DNA of 64,000 nucleotides from the human T2T-CHM13v2.0 reference genome, Homo sapiens, in assembly GCF_009914755.1 (NCBI RefSeq), contig NC_060930.1; one strand, 5' to 3'. The position numbers were made by a program, and so were the translations under genes. Positions 13,425 to 26,600 of this stretch are shown here, piece after piece. The notes under the pieces are model-generated. The model did not search any database. It worked only from the letters and a program-made list of their open reading frames with translations, and had not been told where the DNA came from. How positions within the stretch are numbered: the first letter of the stretch is position 1; each line of letters starts with the position of its first letter.

Positions 13425-13912
13425 AACTGGTTCAGTCTTTAGCAAGAAGCTCTCAAGTTTTCCTTTGTTGACAACCAAATTCATGACTTCAGGCAATTGT
13501 GAGCAGAAAGTAGAAACAACTTGGCAATGTTAAGGTTGAATAGCTGTTAATTTTTTACAGTAATAAATAATACAGTGATAGAGAAGTAGAAAATTCTCTA
13601 TTTAAGTACACAAATACACAACTCTTTTGTAAGGATCAAATCAATGTTTCCACTCAGGGTAAGAATATATTATGGACTAACAAATTTTCATGGCCATCCA
13701 ACGCATCTTGTAATGTGTGCAATCTATATAATATGTATTTATATTAATAATGTTTTCCCTGCACAAAATTAACCTAGAGAAAGCAGAGCTTCTTCTTTTA
13801 TTTGACAATTATGAAATTCATGCAACAAGTTGAGCTAATTAAGAGCAATGAAACCAGGAAGTCTGATTATTTTTATCATCTCTTTCTATAAAAGACAAAA
13901 TGTTTATGATTT

Positions 13913-14247
<335 letters not shown>

Positions 14248-14779
14248 TGATTTGCTAATATTCATCTGGAAAATCTCAAAGATAGTTTTAGGTGTAAAAG
14301 ACATTGTGACTTTATTTTTTAATTTAAGACTAAATCTTGTGAAGAGAAAATGAAAAGTGATATTAGGGAAGAGATCATCATTTATTGACTTTGGAACATA
14401 TGTGTGTAAGAGTAATAAATGGTTGAGGTAATACTGGTTGAGTTTAACTGCATGTTAATTAAAGTGATATTATCATATTTTAAAATAAACATAAATTAAG
14501 AAGATAAATTGGAAGAAACCACAACAGTTCAGAACTGAGAAGCTGTTGCTATTTGTTTCTTAAAACAAATCAAGTTATACAACAAAGTCGTTACAAAGCA
14601 CAGAAAGTTATTTTGCTGACATATAAAATCCTGCTTTCTGGCAAGATTATCCAATGAGTATAGAATATTCTTGTGTTCGCTCTTATTAAGGGTAGATTAG
14701 ATACTCCAAACCTTATTTGTCACTTGAAGATTGAAAAATTGACACTCTACTCTTTTTTTAATGAAATTATTTTATAAAT

Positions 14780-15168
14780 TGTATTAGTCTGTTCTTACAC
14801 TATTATAAAGAACTACCTGACATTGAGTAATTTACAAAGAAAAGAGGTTTAATTCATTCAGTTCCACATGCTGTACAGGAGGCATGGCTAGGGAGGCCTC
14901 AGGAAACTTACAATCATGGTGGAAGGGTGAAGGGAAAGCAAGCATGTCTTCACATGACGGCGGGAGAGAGAGAGAGAGAGTGCAAAGGGGGAAGTGCTAT
15001 GCACTTTTAAACAATCAGAACTCATGAGAACTCACTCACAATGATGAGAACAGTAAGGGGGAAATCTGGCCCCATGATCCAATCTCCTCCTACCAGGTCC
15101 CCCTCCCAACACTGGGAATTACAATTCGACATGAGATTTGGGTGGAGACACAGAGCCAAATCATATCA
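14780..15168 (-). mobile_element. MSTA-like solo MaLR LTR
   Basis: 'tgtattagtctgttcttacac...agagccaaatcatatca'; perfect TSD TAAAT at 14775-14779 and 15169-15173. Confidence 0.92.
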
Positions 15169-15209
15169 TAAATGAACACATCAAAACCAAACTCTTGAGA
15201 ACCAAAATC

Positions 15210-16340
15210 CTTCTCTTCTGACCAAGATGGAGTAACAGAGACAGGATTTATCATTCCACCTTAAACAACCAGAACACTGAAAAAAATTACATGAGGCAAT
15301 GATTTTTTCAAACATGGGACAACAGTAAACAAACGACCATTATCCCTGAAAGAAGGGGAAAAAATCAGGAGAGCTTTATGTTTGCTCCAGCTTATTGCTT
15401 GGAGACAATTGAATTTGTAGTTAAAACCTTCCAACAGAGAAATTTTCATGCCAAACGTTTTCATTAGTGAATAATTTTGAACATTAAAAAAAATATCAGT
15501 TTACATAAATATGCTAGAAAATTGAAGAGGAGAGAACACTTCTCAACTCATTTTATGAAGCCAATCTTAGCTTAATAAGAAAACCAGACAAAGACACTAT
15601 AAGAACAAAAAACCACAAATCAATATTCTGCATGAATATAGAAGTAAAAATCTTTAAGGTAATTTTGTCAAGTCGAACTAAGTAATTTACAGAAAGGATA
15701 ATAAACAGACCAGATGATGTTTACCCCAGGGTTGCCAGTTTAGATTAGCATTAGAAAATAAGTCAATGTATTTCATATTAACAAACTAAAATAGAAAATA
15801 AAAACATATGATCTCAACAGATATGAACCCATAAACAGACAAAGAAAGAGAACTTAACCTGATAAAGGACATCTACTAGGGACTTACGGTAACTGATATC
15901 ATACCATTCTTAACCATGAAATAATGAATGTATTCCCCCTAAGAGAAGACAATTTCCGTTCTCACCACCACCATTAAACACTGTGTTAGAGATCTTACAC
16001 AATGCAATAAGGCAAGAAAAATAAGGCATACAAATGTTTTATTCATGGACAAGTACTTGCCCTGCCATTGTATAAAATCCTAAGTGATCCACAAAAAGAC
16101 AATTCAAACTAACACAGAAGTTTACTAAGAGAGATATACGATCAATATTAAGAAATCATTTGAATTTCTCTATATCAGCAATAACAATTGGATATTGAAA
16201 TTAATAACACCATTTATAATAACATCAAAATATACAGATTATTTAGAGATAAGTTTGATAAAAATTGTGCAAGATGTATATAATGAAAACTAAAAAACAT
16301 TGAAAAGAGAAATTTTTAAAGAATTAAATGAATGAAATAT
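15210..16340 (+). mobile_element. Old L1M fragment: 5'UTR-like segment joined to ORF2 RT-region sequence
   Basis: 'ttctgaccaagatggagtaacagagacaggattt' (L1M 5' end-like), then ORF2-like 'gagaacacttctcaactcattttatgaagcc...aaaccagacaaagacac'. Confidence 0.75.
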
Positions 16341-17341
16341 ATAAAGCAATCAGAAAAGGGCTCTTTTAATTTTACAGGCTTTGTAATCTAATTTATTAAT
16401 ACTTTCTGGAAGTAGAAAATATTTCAATCTTACACAATGAGAGATAAATGTTTTTCTCAATTATAGTCACATAAATGCAAAGAGAACTTACAACACCAGT
16501 TCCACAACATTAGCCAAGGGTCAAAAATAAACACAGAACAAAAACGTCTTAACAGTCCAGATCTCAAAAGGCTTCTCTCCTATCTAGAGAGTATGAAATA
16601 TTTTCATAGTTGATCTGACTGCATTAAAAACACATTAACAAAAAGACACAATTTTAATTTCTCTGATGTATCTCACTCCTTCAAAGATAGCTCTTCACTG
16701 TCCACACAAGAGAGATCACAAAATGATCAGACCGTAAAACAAGGTTCCTGGTTATCACTGTCTCCAACAGCAAATAATTTACCAGTGGTGCACAAATTGT
16801 ATTCCTATATATGAGATGCTTTTCTGACTACTCAGATGAGTCCAGCCCAGTAGTCTGATAATCTTTAATCTCTGGACCCCGTTGTAGAAAGACACAATGC
16901 CCAAACGACCAATTTATGTACAAGTTTTTCTATTACTTACACAGTCACAACCAGTCTGGTGATCTGAAAACTACTAATCCCTGGTCTCACCTTTGGAAAG
17001 GAATACAGCCCTAGCTCTGATAGACAGACATTGATAGACCAACAGATTTAGCCATGAACCAGAAAGAACACAAAAATATAAAAGGAAAAAAAAAAAAAGA
17101 AAAACAACCAAACAAAAAGATTCAGGACAAAAAAAAAGGTTCTAATGCTACTTGAAATTCATTCTGGGAGGCCAGAAAAGATATGTCTAGTCTTTAGCAG
17201 CCCAGGAAGTACACTTATATGGCAACATGGTATAATTGGCTCTGGTAAGTGTGAGTCCACTAGGACATCTTAGTGGAATGACCTCAAAAATTGTTACATA
17301 ATAATTCATTGTATAAATTTCAAAAGGTTAAGAAACATGAG

Positions 17342-17694
17342 TGTCTTAGTCCATTTGGGCTGCTTTGACAAAATACCATAAACTGGGTAGCTTATAAGCA
17401 ATAAACATTTATTTCTTCTAGTTCTGGAGGCTGGGACATCCAAGATCAAAGTGCTCACAGATTGCCTGGTGGACCCATTTTCTCAAAGAGATGGCTTCTT
17501 ATTGTGTCCCCACATAGTAGGGGGGGAAGGGTTTCTCTGGGGCCTGTTTTATAAGGGCACTGATTCCATTTATGTTGGCTCTGCCCTCATGAACCAATCA
17601 CCTCACAAAGGTTCCATCTCCTAATACTATCACATTGGGGGTTAAGATTTCAACATATAAATTTTAGGGGCACACAAACATTCAGACCATAACA
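17342..17694 (-). mobile_element. MLT1A0-like solo MaLR LTR
   Basis: 'tgtcttagtccatttgggctgc...acaaacattcagaccataaca'. Confidence 0.88.
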
Positions 17695-18002
17695 AAGATT
17701 CATATAAATATAGAATAAACACATTTCAAAGATTTATTTAACTCATTAATGAGGCAACCAGCCAAATTTAGTTAAAACGGGGGAGAGCATTTCAGAAATA
17801 TAGTCTTTTAGAAACAGCATGCTAAAATAAGTGTGTTAAGTTGGAAGAAAATTTCAGTATGGTAATACCCAACGGTAGATAAAACTTGGTAACCTTTGGA
17901 CTTCTTTTTCTTTGAAGCTCTTCCAGACAAAATCAAGTTAACACACTTTACAGAGTGTAGGCCCTAGCCAAAATAAACAACAAGTCAAAAAATATATATT
18001 CC

Positions 18003-18806
18003 TGTATCAGTCCATTCTCACACTGCTGTAAGGAACTACCCAAGACTGGGTAATTTATGAAGAAGAGAGGTTTAATTGACCCACAGTTCTGCATGCTGTA
18101 CAAGAAACATGGCAGGGAGGTCAAAAAACTTACAATCATGGTGTAAAGCAAAGGGGAAGCAAGCATGTCTTACCGTGGGGGAGCAGGAGAGTGAGGGAGA
18201 AAAGAGGGAAGTGCTACACACTTGCAAACAACCAGGTCTCATGAGAACTCACTCACTATCATGAGAACAGCAAGGGGTAGCTGCCCCCATGATCCAATCA
18301 CCTCCCACCAAGTACCCTACCCCAACATTGAGGATTATAATTCAACATGAGAATTGGGTGGGAACACAGAATCAAACTGTATTGGTTTTGTTCTCATGCT
18401 GCTAATAAAAACATACCCAAGACTAGGGGTAATTTATAAAGGAATTTCTAAATTCCTTTATAATTTATAAAGGGGGTGATTTATAAAGGAAAGGGGTTTA
18501 ATGAACTCACAGCTCCACATGGCTGGGGAGGCCTCACAATCCTGGCTGAAGGTGAAAGAGGCGCAAAGTCATGTCTCACACAAAGGCAGGCCAAGAGAGC
18601 ATGTGCAGGGGAACTCTCCTTTATAAAACCGTCAGATGTCATGAGACTTATTCACTATCAGGATAACAACATGAGAATGACCTGCCCCCATGATTCAGTT
18701 ACCTCCCACCAGGTCCCTCCCATGGCACATGGGAATGATGGGAGCTACAATTCAAGATGAGATTTGGGTGGGGACACAGCCAAAAACCATACCACAAACC
18801 ATATCA
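18003..18806 (-). mobile_element. MSTA-like LTR hosting a nested THE1
   Basis: 'tgtatcagtccattctcacactgc...' with terminal 'catatca' at 18800-18806; perfect TSD ATTCC at 17998-18002 and 18807-18811. Confidence 0.92.
18378..18794 (-). mobile_element. THE1 (THE1B/C-like) solo LTR nested in MSTA
   Basis: 'tgtattggttttgttctcatgctgctaataaaacatacccaagac...aaccatacca'; perfect TSD CAAAC at 18373-18377 and 18795-18799. Confidence 0.92.
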
Positions 18807-21639
18807 ATTCCTCTAGAGAACTAAGTACTTTTGGGACAGGCCCATTAGAAAATGTGCTGAATGACAGCCTTCCTTTCCTCTAATTTTCAATATTCACCAT
18901 TTTTTTCTTAACAGCTCCAAGACAGGTATTTGTCTTTAACATGGACCCCAATCAGGAAATGATTATCCCCATCAAAATAGCAGAATTTCCCCTACCTCTG
19001 ATTGCTGTAAATCAGAATAGAATGCCAAGATGCAAGTGAAAAGAGCACCTCAAGATGCAGGATCATGCAAACTGAGAAAGAATCTACTCTCTAATCATAG
19101 GAAATCTGTAGCAGGGACTCGGTGTGCACTACAGTGCACTACTGAGCACAAATATAGGGCTGTCGTTAATAAGGAACCACTTAAGGTGAAATTTGAGAAA
19201 TTATAGAAGCACAGACTGAGAGGATTTAATATCATCTGTAAAAACTCTTCAGTCTTTGAATACATTCTCTATGAGCTAACAGAGATATAGATTTCAGAAA
19301 CTAGACTCATTTTAACAGGAAGGAGCCAAAAATAGAAGGGACACACATCCACAGGAAGACCCACAATCACTGAGCAAACAGAGACTTGCCCTGTCTCTTT
19401 TCAGCTTTCATGTGCAAAATCGAAGAATTATTCTAAAATTATACATTGTATGCCTGCAACGTGCAAGCACTGTGCTAGGTGACATGGGAAATTCAAAGGT
19501 GAAGGAGACAAACATTTAAGTTCTAATTTAGTTCCATCCCTAGCCTAGTATATGACACCAGAAAATCCAAATGTTGCCAGAATTCGGTTTTCCAAGGGGT
19601 AAAAATCTCTCAGGTTTCTTGAAATTGCACAAGACTATAAATCTATAATTTTATAAATCCTGTCCTCAAAGAGTTTAGTGATTTTTTATGAAGACTTCAA
19701 AAAATATACACAGTGGGATGGGAGTGGGAGGGAGTTCCCAATACAGAGATTATTTTATTCAGAAGTTTTCAAATTTTACATTACTTTTTACTTTTGGTGA
19801 TGAATTATTTGCTCAAAAGCATTATTAACTAGAAACCTAAAGAAGTAAAACAAGTATGTAGAGATGTTATGATGGAATCAGTTGGGAGATACCAGGCCCC
19901 TGACTTGGTGGATGCTCCCATCTTGATCTTCGGACCTCTGTGGATCCTAAGCAGCTCCACAGAACTCCCCAGGGCTCTCTAGAGCATGTCAAAAATCATT
20001 TAAGAAATCCAACGTACTTCTTTTATGGATAATATAATAATAGCCAAAGAGAAGTCAAGTTTTCTTAATCAGGAAATGTTCTTTCCAAGTTCACGAGATC
20101 AGGGACAGAATGAGGACTGGGTCACTCCTGCAAATAAGTCTCTTCTCCAGATACTCTCTGGCACTCTATGTCATCTCCCCTAATATGCTGATCATCTTTC
20201 TGTATACCATCAACTCATTTGCTCTCTTTTCACAGTCACTCCTCAGAATGCAAAAGGGACTCATATTTGCTTTCGATTCTATTAAACCTTATTTTTATAG
20301 ACTTGCAAAGGGACCATTCAACACCAAGATCAATCTATCTAAACATTTTCCTAAGAGTTATCTGGTAAATGAAAAGACCAAAGGAAAGATGTCTTGGGGC
20401 AAATAACATAGCATGCTGGGCGACACTTTCCTCCTAGAAACATTTGTAAAACTTTCATTTTTGTTCATGAACATAGTGATGGAGGATTTTAAAATTTTTT
20501 CTAGAGCTTCAAAGGTCATTTTAAAATTTTTCCATTTTCTCTGTCATTTCCTGCTCCTAGATCAGGTTATATATTTCCTGCTGTGACTCTATGTTTCCCA
20601 GTGAGGCAGATTCTTATTGTTCTTTTAGTGTTTGTCAATTTAATGAACTGTTTTATGACTTAGACCCAAATAATGGAGCTTTTGTGGGAAAAGGCAGGGG
20701 ACAGGAAAGAAAGGAGAGGAGAAGGGGGTGTAGAGTAAAGTGATAAACTCTAACACATTGGGATTGCCTTTTAAAATCCTACACAGTTTCTTCCCCCATT
20801 CAGATAACTTGCTGACCTTATCTTATGCTACATCTGATTGCAATTACTTCAGTTTGTTAGGCTGACCAATTTTAGAAACTTGGACAATGTACTTCGTTGC
20901 AATCAGATCTGCATTAAAACTCAGAAATGAAGGATAAATCAGTTATTGCCATTGAAGTTGCTATGGTGTCTTTTTTCCAAAAGAAATACACTCATGTCAG
21001 CAGGCCTGAACTTTCGTTTCTCCAAACTTCTAACATGACATCTGCAAATAAGTCTGGTACCTTCTACATAATTAATCTGTAATCTCATAAAACCCAGTTA
21101 CACGCTGTTTCAATAGTTCTTCCTAATTCCTATCTGCTTGTCTCCTTTGTAAATTTTATAATTATTGACAAAACACTTGAAGATACAATGCACACAGAGA
21201 GGAAAAAAAACCTAGGGAAGAGCCAGCATATTTTTTTCAGCTTTAGAATTTTAATCCTCCTTATTCACTAATAGATAGCAATTTATCTTTCCGCCAGGCT
21301 GCCATGCCATAGGTAGAGTGATTTGGTAACTTCTTAACACAATGTTATTTGAAGGGTATAAAATAAGACATCTCTGATGTAAAAATTCCCCCCACAAATT
21401 GTTGTAACCTCCAAAATTCCCCACCCTTACCTTCTGGAGTGAGGATCTATGCAGAAGACTCAATGAAAATATAGACGTGTCACTGAGAATGCATACTAGG
21501 ATCTGTGGTAAATACATTGTCATTTCCCAAGTAGAGAGCCCTGAGGGGGTAAGATGGGACTTTAATGGGGATATTGAGTCAGGAAGGCAGCAGAGCCTTT
21601 AGGGCAAGCAGGCAGTCACCCTCCCTTGCTTCATAAAAT

Positions 21640-21669
21640 CACACACACACACACACACACATATATATA
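21640..21669. repeat. (CA)n(TA)n microsatellite
   Basis: About 11 CA units followed by a short TA run. Confidence 0.9.
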
Positions 21670-23442
21670 GTTAGCAAGGAAGTACAGGCCTAGGAGAAAC
21701 ACTTTGACAGAGCCACCAACAAGTATGGGATACTGAGAAAGTCAACTATTTGCCCAGCACGGGTGGTCTCAAACACATTACCTTATCTTATCTTACCTTC
21801 ATCCTCAAGACACACATGAGAGTTAAAGGCAACCATACTAGTGGAAAGAAAAGAAAATCAGCTCCAAAGACTTCAAGTTCACAGAGCTACTTTATATCAG
21901 CATCTGGATTTGGATTCATGATCACACTCTCAATTTCACTTCCTCACAGGAACTATAGGAAGGTAGAATGTATGGAACATGACACATGGCAGGGAGACAG
22001 AGGAAGCCAGATGCCACTGGTGCCTATTTCACAATTTTGCTTCTTGTGATATCTGGCATGTGAAAGTGAAATGAACCCTAGCTCTGATTAATTCTGAGTG
22101 GAATAGAAAAACTGAATTCCAGATGGGTAAATATTCAGCTTCCAGTTGATTTGCTGAGGCTTCTCTCCCACCTCTTCCGTGAGTTCGCCCTGTGCTCCAA
22201 TATTCTACTTTGCCCCATCTGTGCATTTGTTCATGCCATTCCCTCTGCCAGGAAAGTTCTTTTCTTCCTCTATGCTTGTCAAACTCCAATGAAGTGGAGT
22301 CACTTCCAGTGCAGGAGTTACATTATAAAGTCAACACATGGGCATAAATCAACTTGGTCAAAGTTAATCTTTAAAATGCCTGAAATCACCTTTAAAGTTC
22401 AATATCCTTGCACGTGTCATTGTAAATCTCTACAGCCTAAGAGAACAGAGGCTTCCGAGGCAACAGTAGATTCATGTCTTCCATCTCATGCTCTGTCCAG
22501 GATGCATTCTCATCAAATAGGAGGGTGGTTGGAAATGACCTTGACCTAACTTAGTTGCTTTGTCTTCTTCTCTTCTAATTTATAGCACATGTAATTCAAC
22601 TCATGTAAATTACTCATGTGATTTGCTGTCAGTCATTCAAAGTGGATTGATATCATACTTCTTCAATAGATATGAAACCAACCTTTCATCTCGTTTGGTG
22701 CTTACTTTATTCTTCCTTGTAATTATTGTTATTGGACCCCTCTGCATGGATTATAAGATTTCTATGGTCACAGATTGTTTTTCATTCATATTTCTAGGCC
22801 TCACTATGCATAATAAATGTGTTGAATTTTAATAAATTAAAATGCTAGTTGTATAGAGATAGTTTTTCTCTGGCTGGCCAGAACCACTTGCTGAAATGTC
22901 CCCAGATACTTTATGGCCTCTATGGGTAAAGCAGGCATGGGGAGGCTAACTGGAATAGAAAACTCTTAGGAGAGGAAAGGCCCCAAGCCCAGCCTGGCAG
23001 CATCAGCTAGGCAAAGTCAATGGTTCCAGTGTAAGGTAGGGAAAGTACCTATCCTCACCATTGTCTAGAATGCCAGAGGTTTGCTAGGCAGAAGTGGCCT
23101 TGCCTTGGGATTGATGGACTGTTTACTGGAGCCAAGAAGACCTCATCACAGACTGAACACTGCTTAGGAAGGGAAATGGACGGAGGATGTCTTTGGAAGA
23201 ATCTTAGGACAGAAGTGTCATGATGAATAGGGAAGACAGCTTTCAAAAATCTTTCCTTGTGTGGCCAAATTATGGGCTGTGCTACAGGATTATAAACCCC
23301 ATCTGAAGAGATTATCCAAAATAAGCACAGTGGGGAGACATGTCCTTTCCACTTTCATATGGACTCAATGCTGACCTTAATGTTTAAATATCTGTTCATC
23401 CTAAGTTTGTCTTTCTACATTGGCAGCTTTTAGGTATATGAC

Positions 23443-23798
23443 TAATATGATTTGGCTTTGTCCCCACCCAAATCTCACCTCGAATTGTAATAATCCCCAT
23501 GTGTCAAGGGTGGGGCTAGGTGGAGATAATTGAATCACGGGGGCAGTTTCTCCCATGCTGTTCTAGTGGTGGTGAATAAGTTTCATGAGATCTTATGGTT
23601 TTATAAATGGGAGTTCCACTGCGCAAGCTCTCTTGCCCGCCACCACGTAAAAAGTGCCTTTGCTCTTCCTTAGTCTCCTCTGCCACGATTGTGAGACCTC
23701 TCCAGTCACATGGGACTGTGAGCCCATTAAACCTCTTTCCTTGATAAATTACCCAGTTTGGGGTATGTCTTTATTAGTAGCATGAGAACAGACTAATA
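23443..23798 (+). mobile_element. THE1 (B/C/D-like) solo LTR inserted in a MIR
   Basis: 'atatgatttggctttgtccccacccaaatctcacc...gcatgagaacagactaata'; probable TSD ATGAC at 23438-23442 and 23798-23802. Confidence 0.92.
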
Positions 23799-23802
23799 TG
23801 AC

Positions 23803-23985
23803 AATCTTGAGTGAGTTTTTAAACTGTTCTGTTCCTCAGCGTTTTTTCTTTTTTTTAATCTCTTAAATGGAAGTAATAATCATACTTATTTGAAAGGGTT
23901 GCTTGATGGATTAAATGAGTGAGTTCACACAAACCACCTAGGATAGTATCTGGTCCTGAGTAAGCTGTCAATACTTGTACCTTAT
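23803..23985 (+). mobile_element. MIR remainder downstream of the THE1
   Basis: 'aaatggaagtaataatcatacttatttgaaagggttgcttgatggattaaatgag'. Confidence 0.65.
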
Positions 23986-24127
23986 TAATCTTCATCAATT
24001 CATCTATTGACCACAGCTTGACCTCTTACTCTATTTGGCACTGCTCCATTTCACATACCCCAGCCGTGGTGCTCAACCTGCACCATCTCAGTTTCAAGAC
24101 TCTGCCCATATTCCTCTCTCAAGCTGA

Positions 24128-24460
24128 GTGGCAGAGTCTGTTAATTGTTCCTGGTATCTTTTCTCTGCCTCTTTCCCCTGAGTTTTAGCTGATCCCCAGT
24201 CACTCAGCCAAAGACTACCTTTCCCAGGCTTCCTTGCAGCTAAGTGTGGCCCTGAAACTAGGTTCTGGCCAATGGGAGCTGAGATAAGTTGAAGTGTACA
24301 ATTTTCAGATCATGCTATTATAGAAGAAGAAGTATGCCCTCCATTCTGCTGGCAGAAGTGTGAGCATACCACAAGATGGAAGCCACGTGTGAAGGCAACA
24401 GAGCAAGAAGACAGGATGAGCCTGGGTCCCTTGAGACTTCCCAGGGCAGAGCCACCCACA
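24128..24460 (+). mobile_element. MLT1J-like LTR, 3'-truncated
   Basis: 'aaagactacctttcccaggcttccttgcagctaagtgtggccctgaaactaggttctggccaatggga'. Confidence 0.8.
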
Positions 24461-25996
24461 TTTAAACAAGCATGGCAGGTTAGCTTTACTTTCTCTTATG
24501 GATTATCCTTTTCTACTTGGCACCTTTGCTCTTTATGGTCTATTATAACCTATATCAGAGACAAGGATGTCTAAAAAGAGGATCAATTCCAGGTCTCTAA
24601 GAACTTATGGTTTTCAAAGATCTTAAAGTGAAAAAAATGACAAGTTGATTACTCCACATTCTACTGTAAATAAATTACAGAGGCTGGCTATTTCCCCCCT
24701 TCCTTGCTTGTCTTTGGGTTTGAGAAAAACTGATTTATCATCACTTACCTCTTTTTCTTGCTAATCGGTACAATTTTTAAATATTGAGACACCTTGGCTA
24801 AATCATAAATGTTTTGTTAACATGCATTCATTGTAAAAACTTGCCTTGACTCATCTATGATTGTTCCAAAGATTTATATGACCAATTCATGTCTGTTTCT
24901 CCACAGAATGATCTTCTCTCGCTTCTGAATATCTGTCAGCACACATCTGTGCCTGTGTGTACAAAAACTTCACCTCATGAGAGCCCCAGATTTGACAGAA
25001 TCAAGTTTGCCTCATTTTTCAAACAGTGTTAACTCAGTTTAAAAATACTTTTCTCATTATGTTATTGCAAGGGTCTTTTATTCCATCTCATGCTTTCGTC
25101 TATTTTGGATCTAACATTTATTTAATTAGAAATCTATTATTGGGGAGGGGGCACAAATAAAATTTAGCTACCACTAACCACCCCCTGTCAAATGGTGGTA
25201 CATTAAAGAAAAGAAGGAAGGTATTACTTTCTTCAGATAACATAAGACAAACATTTAAAATTCGGTCCACTTGGAAAATGCTTTCTCCACATCTTCTTTT
25301 ATGTGGAGGGTGATTTCCTTTTTAGTGGGTTACACAATGCAAATGAGGCACAGTTCATTTATATCCAAGTCCAGGGAAATGAATTTATAGGCACTCCAGA
25401 GGAAAAGTTCCATGGAGATATTCAAGCTTTCTTACTTTCAGACTATCGGAAGCTCTGCAATATATGTCTTTCCCTAGATATCTTAAGGGCACCCAATAAA
25501 GCCAGTTTTGCCTGAGAAAAGCCATTTACACCCCTGCTTTCCATGGAAGACTAATTGGAATCGCTGTTACCATTTTAAATCTCTTCAACGGGTTAGGGTG
25601 TTGTTATCAGTATAACTCAATCAACCAACATATACTTAATGATTTCCAGTTAGAAGAAAGCTTCTTCCTTCTACAAAACATACAAGGAAAAACACTATTT
25701 CTGCCCTGAAGTAGTTGCCAGTCTAATTGCAAAAACTTGTGAGGGTCTCTGGCTTTTCAAGACCCATTAAAAAGACAAAGTCATGTCCTGCAGTGCCCCA
25801 TAAATGGGTCTACACTCTCCTTTGGCAGTTCCAGTCCATCTTGTGTGTCATCGTATTGCCTAAGTTTGAATAAGCCTTTTAATCTTCAGTAAATTAAATT
25901 CTTAGCAGGGGCTTATAAATCCTGTTGTTCTCAATGCCTAACCCAGTGCCTGATCCACAGAATACATTCATGAATAAATAAAGGAGTGGATGAGTT

Positions 25997-26333
25997 GGAA
26001 GCAGAAAGTAAAACAGTGGTTACCAGAGATTGAGTAGGGGAGGCAGGAGGGGAGGATGGAGAAAATTTGGTCAACAAGTACATAGTTAAAACTAGATAGA
26101 AGAAATAAGTTCTGATGTTCCATTGCACAGTGGCGTGACCACAGTTAACAGTAAGGTATTGTATATTACCAAATAGCTAGAAGAGAGGCGTTTAAATGTC
26201 CTCACCACAAAGAAATGATAAGTGCATGAGGTGATGGTTATACCCGATTTGATCATTATACAATATATATGTATCAAACATCAAATTGTATCCCATAATA
26301 TGTATAATTATAACATGTCAATTTTAAAAAAAA
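25997..26333 (+). mobile_element. L1MA-type 3'UTR fragment
   Basis: 'gaagcagaaagtaaaacagtggttaccagag...tagctagaagagagg...atgtcaattttaaaaaaaa'. Confidence 0.88.
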
Positions 26334-26464
26334 GCAAATGAGTAAATTTTTAATACAGTCAATGTAGGTTACAAAACTATTTAATTCATCTTCAGGTCTA
26401 CACCCAGGACATTCTGGCACAATAATTTCTATTTATGCCCAAGAGGCACTAAAGATCCCTTGAT

Positions 26465-26600
26465 TCCATTTATCTATTCAAATTTTCAACAAATATTTAT
26501 TGAGAGTTCAGTATCTGTGCAATATTTTCTTAGGTGCTGGGAATACGATGGGAGTAAGCCAAGAATTTGCCCTAAGGAAGCTTATATTTTAGGGAGAAAA
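26465..26600 (-). mobile_element. L2 3' end fragment
   Basis: 'tcaacaaatatttattgagag...ctaggtgctgggaatac'. Confidence 0.65.

Noticed and set aside
25303-25515. Protein-looking 70-aa ORF (MEGDFLFSG...) and a minus-strand acceptor near 25512
   Set aside because: GTG start, no recognisable domain, and no convincing partner splice site
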